NCBI GenBank assembly: GCA_000320545.1
Contig: ADNK01001276.1
Span: 62,001 to 126,000 of the forward strand
Reading direction: 5' to 3'
Origin: Bigelowiella natans CCMP2755
Taxonomy: Eukaryota; Protista; Cercozoa
Length of the DNA stretch: 64,000 nt
Positions 1 through 13,110 of this stretch are shown here, in pieces. The translations under genes and the position numbers were made by a program. The notes under the pieces are model-generated. The model saw only the letters and a program-made list of their open reading frames with translations. It had not been told where the DNA came from and did no database searches. The first letter of the stretch is position 1. The number at the start of each line of letters is the position of its first letter.

Positions 1-2936
1 TCTGAGGGGCTTAGTCCCAGATTTCGATGATCGAGTCGGAGGTGCTCGGCCCGAGCTTCTTCAGTTTCCTTCGCGTTCTCACAGCAGGGTACTCCCATGC
101 ATGTGTTCCTCTCTCCCACGTACTGGCTGGACAGAATCCTTCGGGACATCCTGGTGTTCTCACTGGCATGGTCTTCGCTTTCTTGACTAAAATGATAAAC
201 CTTGAGCATGTAGAGGAGCTGTTGATCATTACACGGTTGCCCTCCTTCATGGATGCGAGCTGTCTCTGAATGGGAGAGCCGGTTTCTTAGCGCTTTCGCC
301 TTGATTGTCTTTGAGAATCTATTTTTCCCTCTTGAATGCACAGGACTGCTAGGGCCCACTTTATTGTTTCGGCGCTTGGATTCATGCCACTCGGATGCTT
401 CCTTAGGAAGATAGCGGTATGTTTTTAGTGAACCGCTCACGCTGAGCTTCTCGCCACTAACTCCAAGCGCTAACGATATTGTGAGCCGGAGAAAGTGCTG
501 AAGACAACGGTATTTCTCTATCTGCGCGGAAGAAGGAGGAGAGGAGGAAGAAGGAGAAGGAGAGGAAGAATCAATCTCAACCCACTTCGTAACCTCGGAT
601 GCGAAGCGAAAGGCTAGGGACGAGAGGATTGTTCGAACAAGATAGCCGCTGCTCTCGCTGCAAACTGACAGAGCTGCGGCAATCATCATACGCAACTCGT
701 GGCAGAACTCCCGGCAGCCCCTGTGGTTCACGGTAGTAAATATGAGATGACATATCATTCCGATCACGACTTTCTTCATCTGGGATGTATTGGTATTCTC
801 CTGCGATGGACCGAGGTCGAAGAACAGTGGCAGAACCCACATCTGCCAGTTTCTGTTCTCTAGAAACGATAGGGACGCGGTTTTGCTGGTGAGCAGCCTG
901 TAGTAGATGTCTTGGAAGCATTTGAGCCTCGGGAACACTTGCGTTCCATGCAGGTTGTGGCAAACAGCTAGCCATAGCCCAGGGTTGTAAACGCTTCTTC
1001 CCGGCTTGAGTAACGTGCTGCCCGAGTCGAAGTCGCTGCTGTACATCTTGCAAGGGTTGAATATCATGGCCATCAAGCAGAAGTGGTCGTCGACCACATA
1101 ATACTGCACCTTTGATGCTGCAGCTTCTGCCAGATTCGCGAGGAAGTCTACAAAGGAGATCTCCGGCAGGATCGTTGTCGAATTGGAGGAGGTATGCATA
1201 GCCCGAAGTACCAGCCACAGTAGCCTGAAGCACAGAGCTCTGATAGCAAGAGATTCACACCTAAGACCTTCTGCAAGTATCTGCGCCGGTCCCTGATTGG
1301 AAGTGAGGCACTCATAAAGGTGATCGATCTCTACTGCGGATAATTGACCGCCCCTCTGGGATATATCAACGCTCTCTCGAAACGACTCGCAATCACTGGC
1401 TCTGATCCATCTTGAAAGGCTGATGTCGTCCTCGTTGTTCCATATTAGGGTAGCAGGATCTATCTCACCCTTTTCAATCATGTCACAAATTTTGGACTCG
1501 CGAAAAGGCCCGTCGCTCTGCGAGAGATTGAGGCAGAACTCATCGGTTCGGTAGAATTTGTAGTAGGTTGCAAGGATCTTGAGGCAGCTGTCAATCCACG
1601 CATCCATTGCCGTCGAAGGCTCATCAGATGATAGAGCTCTCTGACAGGCTTCTACTTCCTCGCTGTCCACGTCTTCTATATCCAGATATTTATCAATCAG
1701 ACCACTTCCAGCTTCTCGTAGCTCTTTTTCACTGTTGAAAGGCCTTCCAACTATGTTCTTCCCTTTTTGAAATAGCAAAGCCTCTCGTACATACACGAGG
1801 TAGTCCTCCTACATACAGAACAGACAATAATCTTTGGCAAGAGAAAACTTAAAACGAACGATGGAACATACCCTGAAAATTTTTGTCAGATAGACCTCGA
1901 ACAACTGAGAATCATTTGGAGAAGTGACACAGTCTACGAGGGTCATTTCTGAGCGTTTCGATCGAATTTTGACATACCACTGCGAAGTATAATCAGAATT
2001 ATTTATGGCACCATTGAGAGGGTTATTATCCTCCATTGCCAAATCTGCTATAAATCGAGATAAATGTACACTGTTACTCCGGCTGTGTTGACGTTGTTTC
2101 CGTTCAGAATTTGTGAGAGAGAAAGATTGAAAGTTCCGGGACGAAGTGCGTGACCTTCGATGGCCCTTCACTGAGGCTCTTAATTCACACGCTCTTTCAT
2201 TTGACTGAGCTACTGGTGAAGTTGCTTCGGAATTTAAGCAAAATTCTATGGGCTCATCTGACATGAAACTGGTTTTATATGTCCAAAAAGTGGCAGAAAT
2301 TCTTGGTTTGCTTTCCATTGTTCCCTCCTCTGGGAAGTATGGGTCTTGGTGACTCTCCTTTTCCAGCATCACGCACACAAGGACTTTGAGGAGCTTCAAG
2401 TCCTCATTAAAATCTGAAAGAAGTTTTTTCATTAGTCTTGGCTTCTGAAGTGCAGTCTTAAAAAGGCTTAAAGCAGCCTGGGACAGCAAGGTTGTGCCTG
2501 CATTTCTTTCAATCGCGATCCTTTGTAATCTATTGTCAACCTTCCAAAATTCTTTTTTCCACCGTGGTGATACTGCCCCTGTTCTTCTTCCCTCAAACTT
2601 CATTTCCTGCACCCTGCTGTCATTTTCTTTCACGATTGCCCTTAGGATTGCCTTCCAGGTATCTGCAATTTTCTTTGTGGAAGCTTGAAGCTTAAGAGAT
2701 TGTCCGTTTGAAATAATCTCGAATCGTTTCTCATTTGAACCATCTCTAATGTCGATTATTCCGGTTACTTGTATGAACCCCAAAGGGAAACTATCCCCCT
2801 CTTTGTTAAAATAAACAAAGTTTTGGCGATTGACACTCATGTAACGCTTCATATATCCCATCCGATGAGCCTTCTTCCAGAGGACACCAGATATCTGCAT
2901 TTCTTCAGGCCCCCTATTGATTTCACTACTGGACAT
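1..2936 (-). CDS. PH-domain protein with an RGS-like domain nested in a split GYF_2-like domain, followed by a long helical region; 3' end lies outside the window
   Basis: ATG at 2936. Exon 1 (2936-1872) encodes a PH-like segment SGVLWKKAHRMGYMKRYMSVNRQNFVYF...LKLQASTKKIADTWKAIL. A 63-nt GT-AG intron (1871-1809, phase 0) joins to a frame that stays open from 1808 to the window edge (not in the ORF track): EDYLVYVREALLFQK...DKYLDIEDVDSEEVEACQRAL...YYKFYRTDEF...DGPFRESKICDMIEKGEIDPATLIW...FLENRNWQMWVLPLFFD. Confidence 0.8.
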
Positions 2937-3072
2937 CTCACTGTTGACCCGAGAAATCGTGAGCACTCAGGTATTAGTTCTTTTCGTAGCAATGGCCCTA
3001 CTTAGCGAAGGAGTGGATGGCTGAAGTAACGATGAAACTCCGAAGGGGAGAACAAGAAACTACCGGACGGAG

Positions 3073-3100
3073 CGAAGATCCGAAGATCCGAAGATCCGAA
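3073..3100. repeat. 8-bp tandem repeat (cgaagatc)x3.5 in the divergent spacer
   Basis: cgaagatccgaagatccgaagatccgaa read directly from the sequence. Confidence 0.9.
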
Positions 3101-3515
3101 CACCCAACAGCTTCCAGCTACCGTCAGAGAGAGATTTCATTCCTGAGACATCGAAAAACTCTGTAAAAAGTCAAAAATTCCCTACATTCTAGTGTTCAGG
3201 AAGCGGAGGGAAAGCCGACGGTGACCAAAGTAAGATAAATTTTAGGTGTTTTCCGCTCTCACAGCGGTATCCCAGTCGCAAACCAGCAATGTGCTGACAA
3301 GTAGATCAAAATGAGTCGTTTGAAGTTGTCGGAGTATTGAAACCCTCTGTATCTCTTTTGCAACACAATTGCATAACCGCACCCAGAAAAGGGTCGATAT
3401 AGATCGAACAATGGGTTGCGACAAGGTGGATGGCTTGTCGCTCAAGTAAAACACCAAAGTTTAACTTACCTTCCATCCCGCTCGGGCTCCTCGTTGACTA
3501 GGAGGAAGATAAAAG

Positions 3516-6500
3516 ATGGCGGCACTTGGCCACCAGATTTCTTCGGAGGGGAAGAGAAGAAGAGGCATGGGGGACTTTATTGATGAAAGGGAAGCCTGGC
3601 GTAGCTCCATTCAAAAGGTTTATCAATTTTGAAGACGTGCAAACGCATAGCTTCCACAAAATATCGAGCGTAGTTAGTGATATATTTCAAGGGTGTGATT
3701 CTCCCATGTTCTGGTTTTCGTCGCATTTATTACCAGAATACATGGCTCGCCGTGAAAATAGGAGGGAAGTGGTTACCAGGTCGTGTAGGAGCAATTGTTG
3801 GCGGAGAGGTAGCTTTCTTTCATAAGGTGGAAGGAACCCACATGATCTTCCATTGATTTGCACGTCAGGCTCTTCTTGAGGTGGACACACAGCATGTCTG
3901 GCGTCGGATAGATTCCGAGGATCTACAACCGTAAAATAAACTTTGCATGTTATCTCCCTGCGTAATGTTTGTTGTATCGTTGATGTTGACTGTTTGGTTC
4001 AGCTTGGGAACCATATATGCTTCCGAGAGCAGAGGTGAACGGAAAATGGGAGGAGGAGGAGGAGGAGGAGGAGGAGGAGGAGGAGGAGGAGGAGGAAGAG
4101 GGCCATCACAACGTGACAAGAGCAAGGAGGAAGAGGAAGACCAAGCAAATAGCCAAGAAAATATCGTGGACAAGCAAATTGGTACGAGGAGGAGCCATCA
4201 TGTCGATGGAGCTTCGGATCACAAAATAGACCACTCTGGAGATGGTGACTTGGGAGATGATGATGACGTTAAAGTTCCTTCAAATAAGGTCGGTTGTTCA
4301 GAATGTAACGATGAAGCTCTCGATTAGGCAACATTCCACAACCTGAGACATCAACACATTGTTTACCGACTAGGTTATCCCCCTATTGAGCCCCCCCCCA
4401 ACTTTTTTTACACCGAGTATGTTCATCATGTGGTGATTCATCTTCATTTCCTCCTAACTGTTACAGTATGTGCTACGCGACACAAAACATGTTAAGAAGA
4501 AGGACCCTTGGCCTCAGAAGCATGATGGACAGCTGTCTTCCACAACGTTTGTGGAGAAATCATCAGGCACGGCTACTGAGGGTGAAAAGCACGATGAAAA
4601 CCATTTGGACAGGAGCGGTGACATTGTAGTCTCAAGACATGAAGAGAAAACTGGCGACAGCATTAGATCTTCTGATGATGGGGAAAAAGAAGCCAGTTAT
4701 ACAAGTTCGGCCAACAGGGACAACAATACCCAAGCGGGGGAGAAAGATGCGGGGCTATCGACGAACATCATCCCGACGGTGGAGGCTACCGCTGCGAAGG
4801 AGGAGAAGAATTCGATCAGCGCTAATGATGATGATGCCAAAACAATGAATAACGCTAATCCGGTTATAGACACGTCGGTATCATCCTCATCGCACGGCCA
4901 AGCTGCCAGCAGCAGTGTGAGACAGGATCAGGGCAGTACCAGAGCTGAGCAGAGGGAAGAAGTGCCAGCACCCCATTCAAAGGGGAAGCAGGGAAATAAT
5001 AACAATCACGAGGAGGAGGAGGAGGAGGAGGAGATGGAAAACAACCAAGAGGCACGGAATAATAAGCTCCGAGGAGACCCTCGTGATGGACGGCTGCTTG
5101 ATAGCAGCAGCAACAACAACAATGCGCGTTCCGCAGCGGCGACGATGGCTTCTAGAGGCGATGACGACGATGCCAAAGTTGGTTCCTCGTCTGAGCGCAA
5201 AACTACTATAACTACCACTGCTACGAAAGAGAAGAAGCAAAAGATGATGGCCAGCAACGAACCAAAAACAGGCATAGGGTCAGTTGCAGCGGCTGGAGAA
5301 ACAGCAGCAGCAGCAGCAGCAGCAGCACGCATCCAGGAGATGGAAGGGTATGAGCGTATGATACGCGCCTGCTTTGGGGGAATGGGCTTGTACAATTCCG
5401 AAAACCCAGAAACTGAGCGACAAGCAGCATTGAGCGCACGACAGGCTGCGAGCCTGTTCGACAGGTGCCTCATATTAAGAGAAAAGGTGAGCAACGCTAT
5501 TGGGATGGGCGCCATTCCTCAAGAGGTTGTGTCCCAACTCCGCTCCCTGGAAGAGGAGATCTCTCAAAGAGCAAAGGATAGTGGCGGGGGGGGGGATAAG
5601 AAGACGACGACGACGACAACGCCTTTGGCGGAGGGATGGAGGTTCTTCGCTGGGCTAATGCGAAAAATAGTGGAACCTCTCATCGCTTACGTGGAGGAGG
5701 AAGGGCAAGAGCAACAGCGTCACCAAGATTCGGAGTTGGAGAGTCGTTGCCTTGATGCTCTGGGGGAGGACTTCATTCCAGTGGATGTGCCTCCCGATGG
5801 AAACTGCCTGTATGCAGCTGTGGCCTTAGGGGAGGAGTTCCGCTCAGCTGTCACCAAGGCCCCATACGGCTCCTCGTATTCGGAGATCCTCGTCAAGTTC
5901 ATGTCTCCGGAGAAGAAGAAGATGAAAGCCATTGCGAAGAAAATGCGCAACGACGCAATGGATACTCTCCGAACCTACCCCGAAAGGTTCTCCCCAGACA
6001 TCGTGCAGATCATCCGTGAGTCGTTGACCAAGCTAGCCCCCAACAACACGGAGAAAAGGCTCAGAGATTCATTCAACGAGCTGTACGGCACAACCAACCC
6101 CAACGTCCTGTGCAGCCCTGCCCGGAGGCAAGACGCCATGGAGGTGTACGTAAACATACATTCCAGTGACGGTATCTTTGGGGAAGCTCCTCAGATTGAG
6201 GCCCTTTCCTACACGCTTCGGGCCAACATTCACGTGTACATATGCGATCGAAAGAGCGGGGGCGCGCGCCTCCACTTGGAGAGTGGTGAGAGCTGGTACC
6301 GGCAGCCCTCCATCAACATCGCGCTCAATATGTCCAAGTGCCACTTCTACTTGCTTCTGCCCAAGAGATATCCTGCGGAACTCTCCTACAAATTTTCCAC
6401 CACAACTGCACTACTCAGAGATCATACTACCACTTCTACTCCTACATTCCCACCACCATCGTCATCATCATTATCGTCATCACCGTATCGATCATCCCAG

Positions 6501-7136
6501 CCGAATAATTCTTCATTCGCAGCAGCCTCTTTTCCAAGCTATGCATCATCTTCTTACCCGTACTCTGCCTCCTCCTCCCCCCACTCCTCCTCCCTTGCTT
6601 CCTCCTACTTGATGGCCGCCTCGTCATCACCCATTAATGTCAGCGTTCGCTGGAGAGGCCAGGAGAGGAGGGACATCCAACTTGAACCAGGCCGACCGAT
6701 AAAAGCGGCACTGTCGGAGTACCTGAGGCTAGTTCCATACAAGGATCAGAATGGCATGCGTCATCGTGTCCACGACCTGAATGAAGTGCGTGTAGTACAT
6801 GCGAGCCTCGGCGGTGTGTCCAACCCCCCCCGGCGCCAACTGACACAGAGCGAGCTGCTCTCCGACTTCACGAAACTGCAGATTGAATCTTACGACAGCT
6901 TGATACTGGATCCGAAAATGGTGACAAAGATCTCATCATCATTATCATCATTATCATCATCACCACCATCGGCAAGGGGGGGAAAGCCATTATCGTCATC
7001 ACAACCAATAGCAGGTCGTAGTAGCCGAAACCCCGCCAGGAACACCGGGCGGCCTCGTCGCCCTGGTGATCTTGCTGATCTGACTCGTGGGTTGGGAGAG
7101 CGAGACTTGCGTGGAGATCGCAGGGCTTGGCGTTAG
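3516..7136 (+). CDS. OTU-family deubiquitinase with an N-terminal Tudor/Agenet-like domain and a C-terminal ubiquitin-like domain
   Basis: Phase-consistent exons 3516-3617, 3737-3808, 3869-3930, 4003-4288 and 4467-7136. OTU Cys box DVPPDGNCLYAAVA, FGEAPQIEALSYTLRANIHVY and His box CHFYLL. N-terminus WRSSIQKNTWLAVKIGGKWLPGRVGAIVGGEALLEVDTQHVWRRIDSEDLQPLG. C-terminal beta-grasp-like INVSVRWRGQERRDIQLEPG...LQIESYDSLILD. Confidence 0.85.
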
Positions 7137-7489
7137 TACTTGGACGACGACGAAATGGGGGGGGGGGGGGGACAAGAAGAATAAATGTCCTTCAAAAAAT
7201 AGAAATACCTAAGTAAACATGACTAACAATGTCAGAGCTGGGGGCTGATCGTCATAATAAAGGATAGTACAAAAAGATATGTTGTACTGTAGCAGTTGCA
7301 GCCAGCAGCATCACATTGCAGGAGTTTGTGACAGAACATTGTTGTTTTTGCTCAGTGTTGATTATCGATCCATAGATTCTGAAATGTACAATACGGCGGC
7401 GTCTGTATCTCGCCGGTGTAATACCTCATTTTTATTGTTTTGTGTAAAAAATTGTTTCTATGAAATGAGTCGCGACGTGTGTGTTTCGT

Positions 7490-8110
7490 GGATTATAATT
7501 TTATGCGATTGAACACATGTGCATGTTGTCCACATCTCCAGCTAGGTACAAGTGTTGACTTTTCATCAAAAGGCACAGCTGTTATTGTGTAATGCATGCG
7601 TGCATTTCGCGCCATCGCAATCACTGACATCACGTCTAGACATGCAAAAGGAATCTATGAACTCAAAAACAAATTCACACAGTCTTGTCATAGCTTAAAG
7701 TAAATGTGCTGCATAGCCGTAGCCCAAATCAACGGGCTTACATAGCTGTTAATAGGTGAGACTTGTTGTTCAATGATGTTGAAGTTAATTCAAGCGCACA
7801 TCTAGATGCATGGTCTGCAGGAACAAACGACGCGAGACATGTAGCTAGGTAGCTTGACAGCGTTAGTGCTGCGATTCATCGGCTGTTGTAGCTAAGTTTG
7901 TAGATGCAGTCTCGGCGTTGATGCATGTGCACTCAGCACCTCATGCCATGTTGCACGTACAGCCACATCTAGACATCGTCAGAAATGGTGCAATATAAAT
8001 GATTAGCGCCTAGCTAGTTACGACGCTAACTGTGCATTGCGATCCGCCCAATTCATGTTTAAGATGTACACACGTTCGATCCTATTAATATAGTCTTTAG
8101 CTACACTGCA
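7490..8110. other. Convergent-spacer compositional element (palindrome/YR-step rich)
   Basis: Between the OTU (+) and TMEM245-like (-) 3' ends. Contains gtctagac 7634-7641, catctagatg 7799-7808 and repeated tagct, tgca and catg. Confidence 0.6.
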
Positions 8111-8458
8111 TACACACAAACAAACATAGAGAGAGAGAGAGAGAGAGAGAGAGGAGATATATCTATTTAGCTGTACATCTGAATCAGTGCGTGCAGTTTC
8201 GTATTGCTACACAATTTAATATGTTGTAAGCTCAGTCAGCAGCAGCTGGAATAACCCTGTAAGTAATGGGCCGAGAACGATTCCTTTCACGCCAAAAGCA
8301 ACAGCCCTTTTTGAAAGCACATAAAACATTCATTTAGTTCCTTTGTTCGAATATCATTCATCATGGGGGGGGGGGGGTGAGGTCGATTCATCATCCCAAA
8401 CAGCTTTGTCTGTATATACATGACAGCACTCATAGTTGGCCATCACTTTCACCCCTTC

Positions 8459-8489
<31 letters not shown>

Positions 8490-8642
8490 TCTTCCTCCTA
8501 TCTGTGTGTGGGCTTCTAATCGCGCCAAACAGATAGTTTAACGCACAACATATTGTCTGTGAATAATGTTCCTCTTACACACCCAAGGCCCATAGACAGA
8601 TCTGTCAGTAGCCCGTTGATATCAACACGATTCCACTGAGAA

Positions 8643-8683
<41 letters not shown>

Positions 8684-8771
8684 GTATGAATAATGATACA
8701 ACATTGATGATGATGATGATGATGATAACACAGTGGGTACTCGTGGAAGACATGGAAATAAATAATAGGTA

Positions 8772-8803
<32 letters not shown>

Positions 8804-9089
8804 AAAGATGATGATACTTGCTGTGATCAGGGGGGTGGAAAGTAACGGTGGTAATAGGGTGAAAAGCAAGCTTCCTCACTCTACCGAACCCTCTTCTTCA
8901 ACGATTCACGTCCTCTGTTATTCTCTTTCCTCCGCTACTTTTCTTGGTTTTTCTCAACTCTAACTACCTCGCGGAGCACGGCCTTATGAATTCTGCTGTA
9001 CCCAAAATAGTGCACACCGAGAAGGAGAAAGCACCGACCGACCTCAGAGGCTAGCAAAGTTGATGTCCCCGCCGTGTCCACCTTTGTAA

Positions 9090-9121
<32 letters not shown>

Positions 9122-9803
9122 GTTTAATTAGGAATCACGTTATCATTCTTCTTTGGTTGTCTTCTCTCTCTCTCTCTCTCTTCCCATCTTTACTGCATTT
9201 GTGACACTCCTCTCAAATACAATCGCATCTTTTGCATGCCTTCTCTCAGATCAGAAGACGTTTTCATTGATTCTGCCAATGGCATGAGCACTGGACGATG
9301 TCCATCCGTCGCTGTCGTCGAAAAATCGGAAGTGAGGGGTTCTATGGGGGGGGGGGGGGGGGTTGTTTGCACAGTCGCTAACACGCACGCATGCTCCTAC
9401 CATTGCACGCAGTATCCCATGCCCGACCCAGGGAAGAACAAATATATATCTGAATATTTGTGTGTTGCGTAAGACAGCAAATCAAAAGGAGTAGAGACAG
9501 AGAGAGAGGGAGGGAGAGGGAAAGCGAGAGGGAGTGGGAGAGTATGGATGAGAGGCAAAGTTTATCGAAGTCTTTAGCATCTCCGCTAAGAGTGATATAC
9601 ATAGCTGTTTCATAGTTCTCCTTCAATCTTTATCTTCCTCCTTCTTCTTCTTCTTCTTCTTCTTCTTCTTCTTCTTCTTTTTACGTGCTGTTCTTGAGGA
9701 GATGAACCACAGACAGCGTCAGAGCTATGAGGCATGCTAGATACGGGAAGGAAAACCTGATAATTACAGTACACGTGTGTTGTTTATATGTGTGCCTGTG
9801 CAT

Positions 9804-9839
<36 letters not shown>

Positions 9840-10158
9840 ATACGGATATGTAATGTGAGCTAATGCCGATGACCGACCCTAACAACTTGAACGAAATGAG
9901 CGTCAAAGTCGCATTGAGGCACGCTGTCTCCACTGGCATCCAGATCACAGCTTCCAACCTCAATCGCACCTTCTGAGCGATCCTGGAACCCCCCCTCCCC
10001 TTCCGTCTGGCTCCCCTCGGTGTCAAGGACGAGGGAGAGGCATGATCCTGGCGGTGGGGCCTATTATGGCCCGGTAGGAGGATTTTCGTCATCTTTTGCA
10101 CGAAGTCAACTTTCGATCCCATGATGAGATTGAGAAAGTACCACCTGCATGAGCGAGT

Positions 10159-10191
<33 letters not shown>

Positions 10192-10501
10192 GCGTCCATA
10201 CAGACGACGACAGCAGGTGGCGATAACCAACCATAGCAATGTCTGAGAAAGGGAAGATAGGCTGCGAGGAAGCAAGGAGGAGGAGGAGGAGGAGGAGGAG
10301 GAGGGAGACTAGGAAACGAATGCATGATTCCTAGTCTCTACCAGGATGCAACCCATCCATGGCGGTGCTAGAAATAGTAGTAGTAGTAGTAGTTGTTGTT
10401 GTTGTAGTCGTCGTTGTAGCAGCAGCAGCAGCAGTAGTAGTAGCAGTGCTTTAGCAATAGAAGTAGTCCTTCATCAAACTAACGGCGCTCTATTCACCAA
10501 T

Positions 10502-10532
<31 letters not shown>

Positions 10533-10979
10533 CAGTAGGAAAAGCCACCAGTATGGTCGGGGGAGGGGGGAGGGGGGAGGGGGGGAGGGGTTGGGACTGT
10601 GATAGTCGGGGAAACATACACGAGGAGTATCTTCGTGAAGGAGGCGGAGAGGTGGGAGATCATCGCCCAGAACCCAGAGAACAAACCTCCAACAAACCCA
10701 GCGACCTTATATAAGGAAGGAAGGATGGGGTCAGCAGCAGCAGCAACACCAATGACAGAAAAGGGAAGTCTTAGCGCCGCACTATAACATTATGCACTGT
10801 GTTGCGAGTAGCATAGATGTTAAGCAAGATAGGCCTCCAGAATATGATGACTAACAACTACCCACCCCCTTTGAGTGCTCGAGTAGCGTTTGGGCAGCAC
10901 TGCCAGCATATTCACGTATTTCGTCGCGGTAGGCCTCGATATATCTAGAATGAATGTGGGGGGGGGGAGGGAGAAGAGA

Positions 10980-11023
<44 letters not shown>

Positions 11024-11104
11024 CTATCACATCGACAATAACAACCACTTCTGAAAGAAACGTAAGCTATATGTACACACAATTTTATTAAATACATATT
11101 TCTT

Positions 11105-11159
<55 letters not shown>

Positions 11160-11455
11160 AGTGAGTGAGTATATTAGCGTACCCGTAGCCCTCTTCTACC
11201 TTACGGTAGAGATTCGAAAAAGATATTCCCATAAAGAAGCTAGAGAGGAGGCTGGAAGAAGAAGATGACGATGATGATGATAACGGTGCCGTTGTAGCAG
11301 CACCAAGACGACGATTTGCAGTAGTTTTCAACGTTGATGGTGGCGATGAAGGCGACGAGGAGACAGATTCTGACACAACAATAAACAGCATAGCTTAGAA
11401 GCCATATTGTCGATTAAGCTTAAGAGCAGGGCAACATGCACCTGCACACTAGAAT

Positions 11456-11487
<32 letters not shown>

Positions 11488-12299
11488 CCACTACTACTTA
11501 CTACCCACTATTACACCTGAATGTACAGGTATCATCGTGTGTTGAAGAAGATAAAGAGGTTATATTATCACAGATCACCATCGACGGTTTTGTTCACAAA
11601 ACAGGCTGCTTTTTAACCGATGGTAGCACGTATCTCCAACCTGCTAGCGATTCTCTTGCTGAGGATTCGGATGATGCCTCTGCGCGCCGGGTGGCCTCGA
11701 AATCTTCCATATGAAGATCCAAAGCTGTAGCCTTGGCTGCTGATGGTGACCACGCAAGGTCGCCCATGCTTCCTGTTGATGTGTCGTTCTGTGCAATGGT
11801 CCCAGCTAGGTGCAACTTCAAAAGGGCGTCTGCTCCCTTTTCCACGTATTCCCACCACCACTCACCCCCATAGATCGACGATGACGTGTTGTGAATTGCG
11901 CCTGGGAGGAAAGCGCACACGCAACATCAGAGGACGGACAGCTGTTTTGCGGGGTCGAATAGTGCAACTTATTGTTACCAAGGATATCGTCTGTGGGCCT
12001 GCCTGTCTGAAGATTCTGGTACGCATCCCGTGCAATCTGGTGATGATGTGGGCAGGTAGTAGCAGCAGCAGTAGTAGTAGTAGTAGTTGTAGTAAGTATG
12101 GGAAGTGATGATGAAAACACATAATAGTAGCAGCATTGATGAGGGTACGAAGTCATGGGGAGAATCCTCCCTCCTCCCACCCTTCTTTATCCCCCTACTG
12201 ACCCCGGTGCTATTCATGCGTGTGCGCGTAAATACGCGATCTTACCGGAAACCATTGCTCGTCGTTGTAGTTTTCCTTCAGCATATTATTGCACACAAA

Positions 12300-12334
<35 letters not shown>

Positions 12335-13110
12335 TCACGTTCTCACATTTTCACATTTATACATACCCAAGGCTATATACATAAGCTGAATATTATAACA
12401 ATACAGGCAAGGTCCACCTCTCCTTCCATTCTAAAGGCAAAGGTTCATCGCTACTACCTCAACATAGCCGTAAGCAGTATGGAGGTATGAGGACGTGACG
12501 TTGCTGTAGTAATCGACATCAATGTTCTTCATCTGCGACTCAAGATTCAGCGCCGCCGAGCCGTACAGATAACGTAATAGGTCTGATGGATGATGACAGG
12601 AAGAGATTTTATCATCATTTGCACTTTTTGGGTCAAATCGGTGAAATGAAAATCGCTGAATAATGTGAGAAGTTTTCAATTATTTCCCCACATCATGATC
12701 ATTATGTGTGGGAGACTGCTGCTGTCACTTCTTCTTGTCACACTACTCTCTAACGAGCCTCCTCTTACTGATGGCGTCCACTGATGACAGGACGAGGAGA
12801 AGAGACGTTATGGACACAATGATTAGCATGGTAAGCGGTAGCAGAAGCATGGCTGCGGCGCCCTCGTTCGATCCGGCAAACATCTAAAAATAAGAAGAAG
12901 AAGAAGAAGAACAACAACAACAACAGCACATGACTGCCTGCTACTGTCGTGCTACCTTTGTTGCAAAGTGTTCGAAGACAGAAAGGGAGGGAGAGAGAGA
13001 GAGAGAGACACACAGAGAGAGAGAACCAGCAAGTGGTTTCTTTATTTCTCATTAAAAAAGTAGAACGGAGCGTGCGTTGGGATTCTTCTTCTTCTTCTTA
13101 TTATTATTAT
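8100..13110. repeat. Microsatellite-dense block: (AG)n, (TA)n, (TG)n, (ATG)n, (TAG)n, (CTT)n and G-runs, mostly intronic
   Basis: Directly visible tracts of ~25-35 bp in nearly every intron of the TMEM245-like gene. Confidence 0.95.

Noticed and set aside
577-1233. 218-aa minus-strand ORF in the track
   Set aside because: It is an alternative frame overlapping the much longer open frame (1808 to the window edge) that carries recognisable domains.
10555-10596. G-quadruplex-like G-run cluster
   Set aside because: Similar G/GA-rich runs are ubiquitous in these introns, and nothing singles this one out.
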